DNA of 64,000 bases from Ylistrum balloti (lineage: Eukaryota), in assembly GCF_031769215.1 (NCBI RefSeq), contig NW_026782680.1, positions 186,001 to 250,000 of the forward strand. The letters are read 5' to 3'. Both the position numbers and the translations under genes were made by a program. This document shows positions 1 through 13,035 of this stretch, in pieces (the first letter of the stretch is position 1; every line of letters begins with the position of its first letter). The notes under the pieces were generated by a model. That model did not search any database. It saw only the letters and a program-made list of their open reading frames with translations, and was not told where the DNA came from.

Positions 1-135
1 TAAGGCCTACCCAGGACATAGGGCCTACCCGGGATACATAAGGCCTACCCAGGACATAGGGCCTACCCGGGACATATAAGGCCTACCCAGGGCATAGGGC
101 CTACCCGGGACACATAAGGCCTACTCGGGGTGTAC
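1..135. repeat. Tandem array of ~20-bp units (core GGCCTACCC), runs off the window start
   Basis: Repeated aggcctacccaggacata / gggcctacccgggacata units. Confidence 0.85.
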
Positions 136-224
136 CAAGTACGCACAGGGCCTATCCAATACATGCAGTAATTACCCAGGATGCACACCACCTAACCAGG
201 TCACGTAGAAATACAGGCGGGGAC

Positions 225-1870
225 TAACCAAAACACACAGAGCTTACACACGGGGCCTACCCCATACATGGAGAAACAGACGTGTTGTCTGCCCATAACA
301 CACAGAACATACACACTGGGCCTACCCCATACATGGAGAAATAGACGTGTTGTCTACCCATAACACACAGGGTTTACACACGGGGCCTTCCCTATACATG
401 GAGAAATAGACGTGCTGTCTGCCCAAAACACACAGAACCTACACACGGGGCCTACCCCATACATGGAGAAATAGACGTGTTGTCTACCCATAACACACAG
501 AACCTACACACTGGGCCTACCCCATACATGGAGAAATAGACGTGCTGTCTGCCCATAACACACAGAACCTACACACGGGGCCTACCCCATACATGGAGAA
601 ATAGACGTGTTGTCTACCCATAACACACAGACCTTAGACACTCGACCTACCCCATACATGGAGAAATAGACGTGTTGTCTACCCATAACACAGAGAACCT
701 ACACACGGGGCCTACCCCATACATGGAGAAATAGACGTGCTGTCTGCCCATAACACACAGAACCTACACACACATACATGGAGAAATAGACGTGTTGTCT
801 ACCCATAACACACAGACCTTAGACACTCGACCTACCCCATACATGGAGAAATAGACGTGTTGTCTACCCATAACACAGAGAACCTACACACGGGGCCTAC
901 CCCATACATGGAGAAATAGACGTGTTGTCTACCCATAACACACAGAACCTACACACTGGGCCTACCCCATACATGGAGAAATAGACGTGCTGTCTGCCCA
1001 TAACACACAGAACCTACACACGGGGCCTACCCCATACATGAAGAAATAGACGTGCTGTCTGCCAATAACACACAGAACCTACACACGGGGCCTACCCCAT
1101 ACATGGAGAAATAGACGTGCTGTTTGCCCATAACACACAGAACCTACACACTGGGCCTACCCCATACATGGAGAAATAGACGTGTTGTCTACACATAACA
1201 CACAGAACCTACACACGGGGCCTACCCCATACATGGAGAAATAGACGTGTTGTCTACACATAACACACAGAACCTACACACGGGGCCTACCCCATACATG
1301 GAGAAATAGACGTGCTGTCTGCCCAAAACACACAGAACCTACACACGGGGCCTACCCCATACATGGAGAAATAGACGTGCTGTCTGCCCAAAACACACAG
1401 AACCTACACACGGGGCCTACCCCATACATGGAGAAATAGACGTGTTGTCTACACATAACACACAGAGCTTAGACACTCGACCTACCCCATACATGGAGAA
1501 ATAGACGTGTTGTCTACCCATAACACACAGAGCTTACACACTCGGCCTACCCAATACATGGAGAAACAGACGTGTTGTCTACCCATAACACACAGACCTT
1601 AGACACTCGACCTACCCCATACATGGAGAAATAGACGTGTTGTCTACCCATAACACACAGAGCTTACACACTCGACCTACCCAATACATGGAGAAACAGA
1701 CGTATTGTCTACCGATAACACACGGGGCTTATCCAAAACACAGAGAAATGCATGCGGGGGCTACCCATAACACAAAGGGCTTAAATACGACCTACCCAAT
1801 ACATAGAGAAACAGACGTGTTGTCTACCCATAACACACAGAGCTTACACACGGGGCTTACACAAGACACG
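225..1870. repeat. 65-bp minisatellite, ~25 copies, probably inside intron 1 of the G-alpha gene
   Basis: Unit cacacagaacctacacacggggcctaccccatacatggagaaatagacgtgttgtctacccataa; period 65 (tgtctaccca at 481, tgtctgccca at 546). Confidence 0.95.
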
Positions 1871-1899
1871 TAGAAAGACAGGCGGGGGCTACCCATAGG

Positions 1900-2310
1900 A
1901 CCAAGGACATATTGACGTACACACGGGGCCCACCAAGGACATATAGACATACACACGGGGCCCACCAAGGACATATAGACGTACACACGGGGCCTACCAA
2001 AACATATGGACGTACACACGAGGCCTACCAAGACATATAGACGTACACACGAGGCCTACCAAGACATATAGACGTACACACGGGGTCTACCAAGACATAT
2101 AGACGTACACACGGGGCCTACCAAAGACACATAGACGTACACACGGGGCCTTCCAAGGACATATAGACATACACACGGGGCCAACCAAAACATATAGACG
2201 TACACACGGGGCCAACCAAAACATATAGACGTACACACGGGGCCTACCAAGGACACATAGACGTACACACGGGGCCTACCAAGGACACATAGACGTACAC
2301 ACGGGGTCTA
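1900..2310. repeat. 31-32-bp minisatellite, ~12 copies
   Basis: Unit agacgtacacacggggcctaccaagacatat; shares the acacggggcctacc core with the 65-bp array. Confidence 0.9.
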
Positions 2311-4284
2311 TCAAATACATATACATCCAGGACCTTCCGGTGACACACGGGGCTAACAAAGGACACACTGGACCTTCAACAGCACACGGTACCAACCCAG
2401 ACATGTATAAATACACGTGCAGTCCTACCCGGAAAACATGGTACCTACAAAGACCACATGGGCCTGCAGAGGACAAACAGGGCAAACGAGCTTACCAAGA
2501 ACACAGAAATACACGCGAGGCCTACTTTGGACACGATCGGGGTCTCAACGACACCTACCACGGCCGCAGAAAAATACACGTGATATAAATTTTACATGAG
2601 ACAGGTGGTGACTTCCAAGAACACTGAGAAATACACAGAACATTTCAATCTTCATAAAGCATTTAATATGCAGTCAACTATGAGCTAAACAACAGCCAGC
2701 TCGGACACCAAGAGCATATATATCGGAAGCAAGCGTTCATGTCCTTGTAGATACATTAGTTATAGGTATGTTGTACGATCTGTTCGGCCCCAAGCCACTG
2801 ATCATGATCATAATCAACTGGTAGTTTTAAGGACACGTTGTCTTGTACCGAAAACACAAACTGGTTCTTTCCACCTACGCACCGTCAGACCCATCTATAC
2901 AAAACGGTCGTAATCGGCTTTAAACCGTTTACGTCCTTATGAACACTTAATGGTGGGTGGTACAAATAGGATTTCTTTGTTTTGATTGTAGATTTACTGA
3001 GGTGATAGTACGCTTCCAGACATATTGTATGTACACGCATCACACCGACATTCCTCAGATCATCTGCCGTGACCTGCACATACACGGAATTCCTCCGATA
3101 TGATCTCATTCATAAACTAAAGTCCTGACACCTGTAGTGTGGCTAGCGTCACCGCCTGAGGACGTCCTTACATCAGTTATATAAATAAGTCCACTCTTTT
3201 CCAATACGGAAACATTTGGTATCCGGAGTGTGACGGAGGTATTTCATAATCAATCGAAAAATGAACTATCTTGGAGTTTAACATTGTTCATACACACGTA
3301 GTTAATATTGATCAAGAAAACAGTTTACAATTTATAATACAAAGAAAACATAAGTCATATTACATAGATTGGTACCAAAGACAACATCAGTCATGACTTA
3401 AAACCGACACGGAATTTACCGTGTGATAAAGTTAACACGAGTTATACCGTGTAATGAAGTTAACACGTGTTGTGTTGAGTCTTAATATTGACACGAGTTA
3501 CCCTGTTTCTAAAATGCCATTTTATTAGTTTTATGGATCTAGATTATTTATATAACAACTAAAACGCAACTGTTGTCGTTAGAAAAATTGATGGATTAAA
3601 ATCCAACATTTATCTCCAAACCAGGGAGCTCTCTCGGCCCCTACGGGTACCAATAATGTGTTGTGTGTAAATGCGTAATGAACCGAGACCGTTATAATTC
3701 CCTATAGCCCCGGGCCGCTATAAACTGAACGCAACATGGAAAGTGTTTTATGTCTGCAATGTAAAACGTGTAGGCTATAATAAAACATATCCCCCTCCAG
3801 TCTCAAATATCACGGAGTTCGGATTATATTTCGAGGACTTTGGAGCACACAGGTAGTCCATTGTGTTTGGTAAATATTGGCACAAATTGATACTTGTTTT
3901 AACACTGTCCAGACTGTAACTCGGACATCTTATATCAAGTCCTAATTAATTAGAACGGTTAATCCAACGACGCTTAAAAAATTGTTTTTGTTCAGTTACT
4001 TTTGTTTGATACCAAACATGCCCATAACAAAAATGATATGTCTTAGAGCGAAGTAATTTATTTTATTTTATATTGTAAAATGATTCACTCTAACCATTGT
4101 TTATAATACTTCAACCGAGTAAAACATTCTTATACAATTATGTTATGAAATAACTTTATGTGCGACGACTAGATCTTGGCAGAGGTTTGGAATTTCCATT
4201 ATGAAGATTATAACATGAGACATCTCTTATCTAATTTGATTCCCTGGTGAAAGTAAATTTCTTTTGTTACATAGGGGTAAAGAC

Positions 4285-6050
4285 ACTGGTACAAAGGGCA
4301 ACATTACCACAGACTGGTACAGAGGGTAACATTAACACATACTGGTACAGAGGGTAACACATACTGGTACAGAGGGTAACGGTACAGAGGGTAACACAGA
4401 CTGGTACACAGGGTAACATTAACACATACTGGTACAGAGGGTAACATTAACCCATACTGGTACAGAGGGTAACATTAACACACACTGGTACAGAGGGTAA
4501 CATTAACACAAACCGGTACAGAGGGTAACATTAACACAAACTGGTACAGAGGGTAACATTAACACAAACTGGTACAGAGGGTAACATTAACACAAACTGG
4601 TACAGAGGGTAACATTAACACAAACTGGTACAGAGGGTAACACATACTGGTTCAGAGGGTAACGGTACAGAGGGTAACACAGACTGGTACAGAGGGTAAC
4701 ATTAACACATACTGTTACAGAGGGTAACATTAACACAGACTGGTACAGAGGGTAACATTAACATATACTGGTACAGAGGGTAACATTAGCACAGACACAA
4801 ACTGGTACAGAGGGTACCATTAACACTGACTGGTACAGAGGGAAACATTAACATATACTGGTACAGAGGGAAACATTGCCACAGACTGGTACAGAGGGTA
4901 ACATTGACACAGACTGGTACAGAGGGTAACATTGACACAGACTGGTACCGAGGGTAACATTGCCACAGACTTGTACAGACGGTAACATTAACACAGACTG
5001 GTACAGATGGTAACATTGCCACAGACTGGTACAGAGGGTAACATTAACACAAACTGGTACAGAGGGTAACACATACTAGTACAGAGGGTAACACATACTG
5101 GTTCAGAGGGTAACAGTACAGAGGGTAACACAGACTGGTACAGAGGGTAACATTAACACATACTGTTACAGAGGGTAACATTAACACAGACTGGTACAGA
5201 GGGTAACATTAACATATACTGGTACAGAGGGTACAATTAACACTGACTGGTTCAGAGGGTAACATTAACACTGACTGGTACAGAGGGAAACATTGCCACA
5301 GACTGGTACAGAGGGTAACATTGACACAGACTGGTACAGAGGGTAACATTAACACAAACTGGTACAGAGGGTAACATTGCCACAGACTTGTACAGAGGGT
5401 AACATTAACATATACTGGTACAGAGGGCAACATTAACACAGACTGGTACAGAGGGTAACATTAACACACACTGGTACAGACGGTAACATTAACACAAACT
5501 GGTACAGAGAGTAACATTACCACAGATTGGTACAGAGGGTAATATTAGCACATACTGGTACAGAGGGTAACATTGCCACAGACTGGTACAGAGGGTAACA
5601 TTACACATACTGGTACAGAGGGTAACATTAACACAGACTGGTACAGAGGGTAACATTGCCACAGACTTGTACAGAGGGTAACATTAACACAAACTGGTAC
5701 AGAGGGTAACATTAACACAGACTGGTACAGAGGGTAACATTAACACAAACTGGTACAGATGGTAACATTGCCACAGACTTGTACAGAGGGTAACATTAAC
5801 ATATACTGGTACAGAGGGTAACATTAACACAGACTGGTACAGAGGGTAACATTGCCACAGACTTGTACAGAGGGTAACATTAACATATACTGGTACAGAG
5901 GGTAACATTAACACAGACTTGTACAGAGGGTAACATTAACATATACTGGTACAGAGGGTAACATTACCACAGATTGGTACAGAGGGTAACATTACCACAG
6001 ACTGGTAGAGAGGGTAACATTAACACATACTGGTACAAAGGGTAACAGAG
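4285..6050. repeat. 28-bp minisatellite (~60 copies, with shorter variants)
   Basis: Unit actggtacagagggtaacattaacacag; explains the repetitive minus-strand ORFs at 4786-5914. Confidence 0.95.
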
Positions 6051-7162
6051 TTCAAAGAAGGGGTAACTAATTGGTGAAAGTTTAGTTCATTCCAAACATT
6101 CATTAACACTTAAGTCAATGCCAGTCCTCTCCCAGCACAAATGGACAATTAATACGTAAAACATCTGAAGGCTGGTTACTATAATATACCTCATTATTTG
6201 TTGGTTTTTATGAGAACCAGAAAACCAAACACTTTCTTTGTCAGGGATACAGTAAGTCTAGCAGACAGAGGCCGCCATGTCGCTTATCGGCATATGTCAC
6301 AAAATCAATGGAAAGATTTCCACAGACAAAAAGCCTTCTACTGAAAAATAAATCCCAGAATTGATTTTCGAGTGTATGTATGATACCTTATGTATACAAA
6401 CAGCCGTGGGACTCGGGTAACACTTCGTCACTTGTTTCTTATTTTCGTGTCTTCAATAAGAAACTTTTACTCTAAGTGTGACAGAATGTAATCCTATTGT
6501 CTTTCTAAACTTTAAAGCGCGTGTGATGGATAAATATAATCCTGTTTACCTGTCATAACTTTAATGTTTAGCTCATTAACTTTTAAAACCTCTTGTGAAT
6601 TAGCAGGTCATATCAATGTTATTGACATCGCGGGGTTGTATTAGCTTCGGTAAGTATTGCACTCGTACTCACATCCCGGGTTTAGGTCAATTGTGGTGGG
6701 TATCCCACTTAAACTTAAAGTTGTGACAGGTACCCAACCAAAATCACTCTTAGGGGCTAGGTTAATTGTGGTGAATATCCAAAAATAGCTCACTCTTCGG
6801 GGCCAGGTTCCTTACGGCGAGTATCCTACCCAAACTCACACCCGGGGTTATGGGGCGCATTGCTGACGCACAATAGTAGAGACAGAAAAACTAAAGCTCT
6901 ATACCCCTCTTAACCCCCGGGACTGTAACCTCGTTCGATTGAGGGACTTGATAAAATTTGCGTTTGATACCCCGTCCCACAATTACCCCTTGGGTAGGGA
7001 TTACAGATATGGGTATGTGCTTCTTGCACACTAACACAAGTACACATCCTTACATCTGTACTTTGTAAACAAGTATATCAATCAGCTTCACATCCGTATC
7101 ATAGTGTAAGTAATAAAGGACCGTCCTTAAGGACACACCAGGTGACCTACTTAGTAACTTAC

Positions 7163-7286
7163 CCAACAGCAATATCTTGATGACATTTTGATCCTGCTTG
7201 GACCAATTCTGTAGCTGTCGGTCAAGATCGTCACTACGGGCACGTGCCTTCAATTCTTCCTGATCCAAACTTAAGCACTGGCCCAT
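7163..7286 (-). CDS. Heterotrimeric G-protein alpha subunit, first coding exon only (Gv/GNAV-like N-terminus); no further exon found in the window
   Basis: MGQCLSLDQEELKARARSDDLDRQLQNWSKQDQNVIKILLLG followed by a phase-1 donor G|GTAAGT at 7162, the conserved G-alpha intron position just before the GxxxSGKS P-loop. Gly2 and Cys4 fit lipidation sites. No GESGKST-type exon seen in 1-7160. Confidence 0.85.
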
Positions 7287-8029
7287 AGTAACACGCGACT
7301 ACATGTTTCACACCCTGGTCGTAAAGTTGTACTATTATCACTGGTAAACACACACCACTGTCCTCACGTGGAGAACTATCAACATCATCAACCCATAACT
7401 CCAAATATGGTAATATCGAAATTAGTATAACAAAACATCAAGAACTTGCTTGAGAAATGTTTGTTAAAGTAAGTATGTGATCTAATGACCGACACATTCA
7501 GCTGTCATGATCGTCTTCCGTGTGTATCCTGTGTTTACAGTGTAATCACCTGTCTGGCTATGATCGCTTATACATACATAGCGTGTATTAGCCCATATTT
7601 ACTATGTAATGAGGTTAGTGGGCGTTCACAAAGGCTAAAACGAGGCGCTGTGCGGTGTTTAGGGTAATAATTACATATTTATGTACCAGAATTTTGTTTC
7701 TCTGAATAATGATGTTTTGAAATACAGTGTAATAAACTCGAAAATAGAAAACGCAGATTTTATTAATTAATATATGCTTTTTTATTATTTTCCTTTAGGG
7801 CCGGTTTTCGGTTCGATATCATTCAATGCTTTATTCAGAGATAAAATTCTAGAACCTGCTTGAAACAGAAGGGACCATATTCGTCACTGATGTCGCCAGT
7901 TTCAGTGGTTCCATTCCACTGTATTATAAAGGTTTTCATGTGGATAGGTTACCTGCACGGCTTACTTGTACTCTTCGATTGTCTAATGTAAATGAAATTT
8001 CTCTATTTTCTCCCACATGGGAAACACTT

Positions 8030-8640
8030 AACGGTGTTGTTGGCCGTACTACAGGGGAATCACCTATCGTTGGTGTTGGTGGTACCACAGGAGGATCGCC
8101 TATCGGTGGTGTTGGTGGTACCACAGGAGGATCGCCTATCGTTGGTGTTGGTGGTACCACAGAAGAATCGCCTATCGTTGGTGTTGGTGGTACTACAGGG
8201 GAATCACCTATCGTTGGTGTTGGTGGTACCACAGGAGAATCACCTATCGGTGGTGTTGGTGGTACCACAGGAGAATCGCCTATCGTTGGTGTTGGTGGTA
8301 CCACAGGAGAATCGCCAATCGGTGGTGTTGGTGGTACTACAGGAGAATCGCCTATCGTTGGTGTTGGTGGTACCACAGGAGAATCACCTATCGTTGGTGT
8401 TGGTGGTATACCACAGGAGAATCACCTATCGTTGGTGTTGGTGGTACCACAGGAGAATCGCCTATCGGTGGTGTTGGCCGTACCACAGGAGAATCGCCTA
8501 TCGGTGGTGTTGGTGGTATACCACAGGAGAATCGCCTATCGGTGGTGTTGGCCGTACCACAGGAGAATCGCCTATCGGTGGTGTTGGTGGTACCACAGGA
8601 AAATCGCCTATCGTTGGTGTTGGCCGTACCACAAGGGAAT
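8030..8640. repeat. 36-bp minisatellite (~17 copies) upstream of the G-alpha exon
   Basis: Unit ggtggtaccacaggagaatcgcctatcgttggtgtt; some 38-bp variants (ggtggtataccac). Confidence 0.95.
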
Positions 8641-10109
8641 GTGCTGGAAAGTTTTGAATTTTTTGTTGATATTGCCTGATTGTATAACGAAAATAAATGA
8701 TATAAATATATATATTTCCGCAAATATTCCACACCCGAAATCCTGAAATTTTTCACTCAAGTTCGGAAACGTTAATGCTCTACTCGTAAATCGAAGTATT
8801 GATGTATAATATCAATAACACGACGTATTGGTAAAACAAGGCGAATTGAAATGACTTGTAGTTCCATTTTCACGTTTACTTCTTGTGACCCTGATCGACA
8901 AAATTCTTGTTTGATCGACTGATAGAAAGGGGGAAAATAAAGAAAATGATCGTAACTTGCTTCCATCTTAATGTTAGGTGGGGGAAATCCGCTATTGAAG
9001 TGTAAATAATATGCGACAGACTTGGATTTGTCACGCCTGTTTATAGAATCTTATTGTTTTAGTGCCAATAACCATTTATGATATCATAACAATTGTAAAT
9101 AGTAGTATTTTTATCACTATTTGTTTCTTCTTCGTTAACACATTTGCTCTGATTTGATGAAGTTTTTAAAATATGACGAATTTATGGTTTCTGTTTTCTA
9201 CCGTTTAGTTGAGTCGTATTGTTGCCCTCTACACAACGATACCTTATCTTCATTCCGACGTAACGAAACGAAGTCGTAACTCAACGCGAAATAAACGATA
9301 ACGGGGAGATGCTAATTTGCGGAGCGAATTAACAAAACAATGAAATGACAGAACACAGCCACCAAAGGTTTCTTGTTGAATTATGGATGTTTACATAATG
9401 ATACTAATATTTTCTTCTCATTACGATATCATCTTTCGATCTGATTAAAACATAGATTATCATTATACCATGATCTGTACTTTAATTAGACTGAAAAGCC
9501 TTCTTTTTCTTTTTATACAAAGACCAACAGATCATGATCATGTCATCTCTAACACGTAAAGTATCAAACTACTCAGAATCGATCAATTTTTAATCCGATC
9601 AAAGTAACCGACAGCTCTCTACAAACAAACACAGGATAAGTTGTTCAAACAGAATTCCATCTACAGACACGGTAGAACGAGTGCAACAAAGAAAGACAAG
9701 TGAACCGTTTCAAATTTAGGTGAAAATGTTTATACCAGGTCAGCTGTCCGGACAAGATTCGGTCCACAATCATAGTTAAAGGGACATAACTGCAGTTAAA
9801 ATATGTATAGTCGCTCTGGACAGGATTCGGTCCACATTCATAGCAAGCGGACATTCATCATATGGATATCAAAACAAGTCAAATTAAACTGAAGGAACAT
9901 GTTGTTTTTGCTCGAACCACTTTCTTCTGGTTGCTAATGTCAATATCTCTTCACTGCCAGTTATTTTGAAAATATTTGAAAAACTGTTACTTATTAGACT
10001 TGAAGCTCAGGATTTATTTGTACCTAATCCGTTACAAAACGGGTTTCAAAGAAATGTTAGTAGCACAATGACGTCATTTTAGTTCATGAATCAGTCTCTT
10101 ATGCTTGCG

Positions 10110-11700
10110 ACCGTAACAAGAAACTTTTTACCTGTTTTCTAGACGCTGCCAAGGCATTTGACTGTGTTTGGCATAACGGCCTATTTTACAAACTTCACAA
10201 TTTAGGTCTCAAGTCAAAGTACCTTCACGTGATTGTGTCGATATATTCCAATATGTATAGTGCAGTTTTATACCAAGGTTTCATCTCTAACTGGTTCAAG
10301 ATATGCCAAGGTACGCGTCAAGGGAGCGTTATTTCACCCTGGCTCTATACAGTATTCATTAATGATTTACTTGATGAATTATGTGCTTCAAAATATGTTC
10401 TAGCTTTGTATGGTGTAAATGTTACATGTCCAACTCAAGCAGACGATATAACGCTGCGGTCTCTATGTAAACGTGGCTTAGACAATCTTATGGACATCTG
10501 ATATAACTATAGTTGTTAGTGGAGATTTTTCTATAATGCATCGAAATCAACAGTTATTGTATTTAATGAATGTAAAAGTGTGTTTTCAAAGGCTAATCGT
10601 AATTGGAATCTCGGTTGCGAAGCCGTGGTTGAATCTTTATTAACAAGGTCAAACCAGGCAGTCCAGATGTCGATGAGATTGTGCATAAGCTACGTGGACA
10701 GTGCTTTGCCCTCCTTCATTGTAATTTGTTTGGCACCGGCATTAATCCCTTGACAGTTGCCAAGTTGTATAAATCTGTTGTGATGCCAAGCAGTCTTTTT
10801 GGCTGTGAACTATGGCATTTTCTATCTGAAACTGAATGGAATCGCATTGAATCAGTTCATCACTTATGTGCAAAGCTGATTCAAGGTTTTCCTCGCCGGA
10901 CTAGATGCGATATTGCCCTTAGTATGCTAGGGTTTTCATCTATTCGCCTTTGAATTGAGCTATCAAAGCTCCGTTTTTTCTCTGCTTTATGCAATACAGA
11001 TAGTCGTTTAGCAGTTAAAAGGTTGTTCTTACAGAGACTTTTTCGTGTATATTTCGGCTTCCGTGGCAAGAAAGTTGACATTATTCTAGATATGTGGAAT
11101 CTATTTCACCGGTATGATTTACAAGATTTTTTGTACCAAATTTTGCAAACTGATGTCTTTCCGCCTAAAAGCCACTGGAAACACCTAACAAAGGACATTC
11201 TGATCAGCAAGTACTCCTCTAGTTGGAGTGAACATCTAAATAACAGTGATGATTTTTGCAGATTTAAACATTTGCAGCGGGATGTTAGTCCCTCTCCTCT
11301 ATGGTACCTTGCGAAATGTTCTCCATATCTCTACCAGACTTATAAAAATGTAGCAAAGCTTTGGTGCGTTCCTCCAAATTGGGAGCTATCTTGTTCTCAG
11401 TGCAAGCTACTAATCGACGATGCGGTTGCCCACTGCAGTAGTTCCACAGTATTAAATCTACCTGACATTTTTTTCACCAAAATAGTCAACGACTACCCGG
11501 TGAATGTCTATGTTACACTAGTTAACTCGTGTAGAGAGGTTCAAATTGCCACTATTCTAGTAAGTACACCAGCTGTCATAGCAGACTTATTTAAGGACAC
11601 TGATAGTCTTCTTGCATCATTTGCAAAAGACTTGTATTTTTGCCGAAAAAGGCCTCTTTACTTACATTTAACTAGTCGTTAGTCAGCATTAATTTTATGT
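10110..11700 (+). mobile_element. 5'-truncated, decayed non-LTR retrotransposon (LINE) ORF2: reverse transcriptase plus C-terminal region; clade unresolved
   Basis: FLDAAKAFDCVWHNGLFYKL (~10135), QGTRQGSVISPWLYTVFINDLL and PTQADD (YADD equivalent) are RT motifs; downstream YKSVVMPSSLFGCELW and a CxxC..H..C-like C-terminus. In-frame stops (e.g. 10499-10501) and frameshifts split it into ORFs 10229, 10681 and 11023. Confidence 0.9.
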
Positions 11701-11785
11701 CCTTGTAATTATCACTTCATTATCGTTTCTCTGTATCTTTCTCTTTCTTCATTATATTTCTAAATACTTTGTGTCATCATATGTA

Positions 11786-12432
11786 GGTAGCAGTACACAG
11801 TTTCTCGGTGTGGCCATGGGTGATTTTTTTGCTCATTAGATTACCCCATTATAAAGGTTTTAATTAAAAATGAAAAAAAAATCCTTGCTAAAATTGGTCC
11901 TGTCATGTTAAAGTGGACAATGTGGGGTTTCAATTTTTTCAGGATAATATTTTAGCTTTGTGTTAGAGATTACTATTTGAGCAGTCTCGAATCTGTGTCT
12001 ACGCACCAAAAACTAGCTTTACAAGAAGTGAAATTTTCATAGTGTTCACATGTGGTCATGTTATGAAGAATTTCCGAGTTGGAATTTGCTGAAATGTAAG
12101 TACTTTGTTACCATGACAGTGTTGTTGATTGTAAGATAGGTGTTTAGAATTAAATTTCTCCTAGAAAGTTGTAGTGTTGGGTTGGAATTAGCAGTATTTT
12201 TGCATTTTTAGCATTTTTTCAGTAGGTAACCATGACAATCAAATGTCAGAAATCAGAGGAAATTTTTTTTTTACATAAATTTCATCTCTCTACTGTTAAT
12301 GTAATTGTTATATAGTTTATAAATATATATACATGTAATGATGTATTTTCCATAACCAATCTGCTATACCTGTATATCTCAAACATGACAAATAATTTCA
12401 GGAAAAATGCAAATTAACTGTTTACTGCTACC
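11786..12432. mobile_element. Non-autonomous TIR DNA element (MITE-like, ~650 bp) next to the LINE 3' end
   Basis: Left GGTAGCAGTACACAGTT (11786-11802) is the inverted copy of right AACTGTTTACTGCTACC (12416-12432), 16/17 match; no ORF inside; TSD not clean. Confidence 0.65.
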
Positions 12433-12849
12433 GTAATTACATGCATCTTCATTTGTAACTCTTCAATTTTGGAGGAATAAAGAAATGAATGAACACGTGA
12501 ACATTTCTAGTTCCGGTCACAGTAGCTTGGCGCTTATTGGGCTGTCCAGTTGATTTTGGAATGCGCATGAATATAAGCGTACGGTGATAAAAAATTCTAA
12601 CATTAAAATATTCCTATAATTGTATATACATTAGCCTTTGGTCGGCGTATCAATGGTGACTGGTAAATGTAACATTAATCAACATTATGATGATTGTAAG
12701 TGTACGAAGAACAGTGGGCCAATCCCACTAAATCCCAGATAGTGTATTTCCTATAATTTTCGTGTAATCTTTATGTATGATTATTCCGTATTCTCCACTT
12801 TGTAGAGGTGAGACAAATCCTTCATTTTCCTAGGATGTCTATTCTGATT

Positions 12850-13035
12850 ATTTAGTGAATAGGTTGGATTAAAGTGTAGATCCCTTCTGTGTTAATTTAA
12901 TCAACTTCTGAACATGTTTGTATTCTGGGTTTCCCCTAAATCATTTGGTAAATTGTTCTTCCTAATCATAACAATTCTGTTTGAAAGCACGGAGAAGTTC
13001 TACAATTTAGTCTACATCTCCTTTTTATAGCGACC
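12850..13035 (-). mobile_element. CR1-like LINE ORF2 3' fragment, decayed
   Basis: Minus strand reads YKRRCRLNC then, after a frameshift, LSNRIVMIRKNNLPNDLGETQNTNMFRS*LN*H, matching the CR1 C-terminal pattern FSNRVVNxWNxLP..FKxRLD. Confidence 0.55.

Noticed and set aside
2885-3109. 74-aa minus-strand ORF as a possible G-alpha exon 2
   Set aside because: No GxxxSGKST/KQMKIIH or any other G-alpha motif.
1637-5914. ORFs 1637-2599 and 4786-5914
   Set aside because: They are translations of the 65-, 31- and 28-bp arrays or their decayed flanks, with no domain motifs or splice context.
7936-8756. 268-aa Gly-rich and 146-aa Pro-rich ORFs
   Set aside because: Products of a 36-bp (multiple of 3) stop-free repeat; the 38-bp variants shift frames and no flanking splice structure supports them.
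13021-13032. Minus-strand TATA-like GCTATAAAAAG
   Set aside because: It lies inside the decayed CR1 coding fragment (YKRRC codons).
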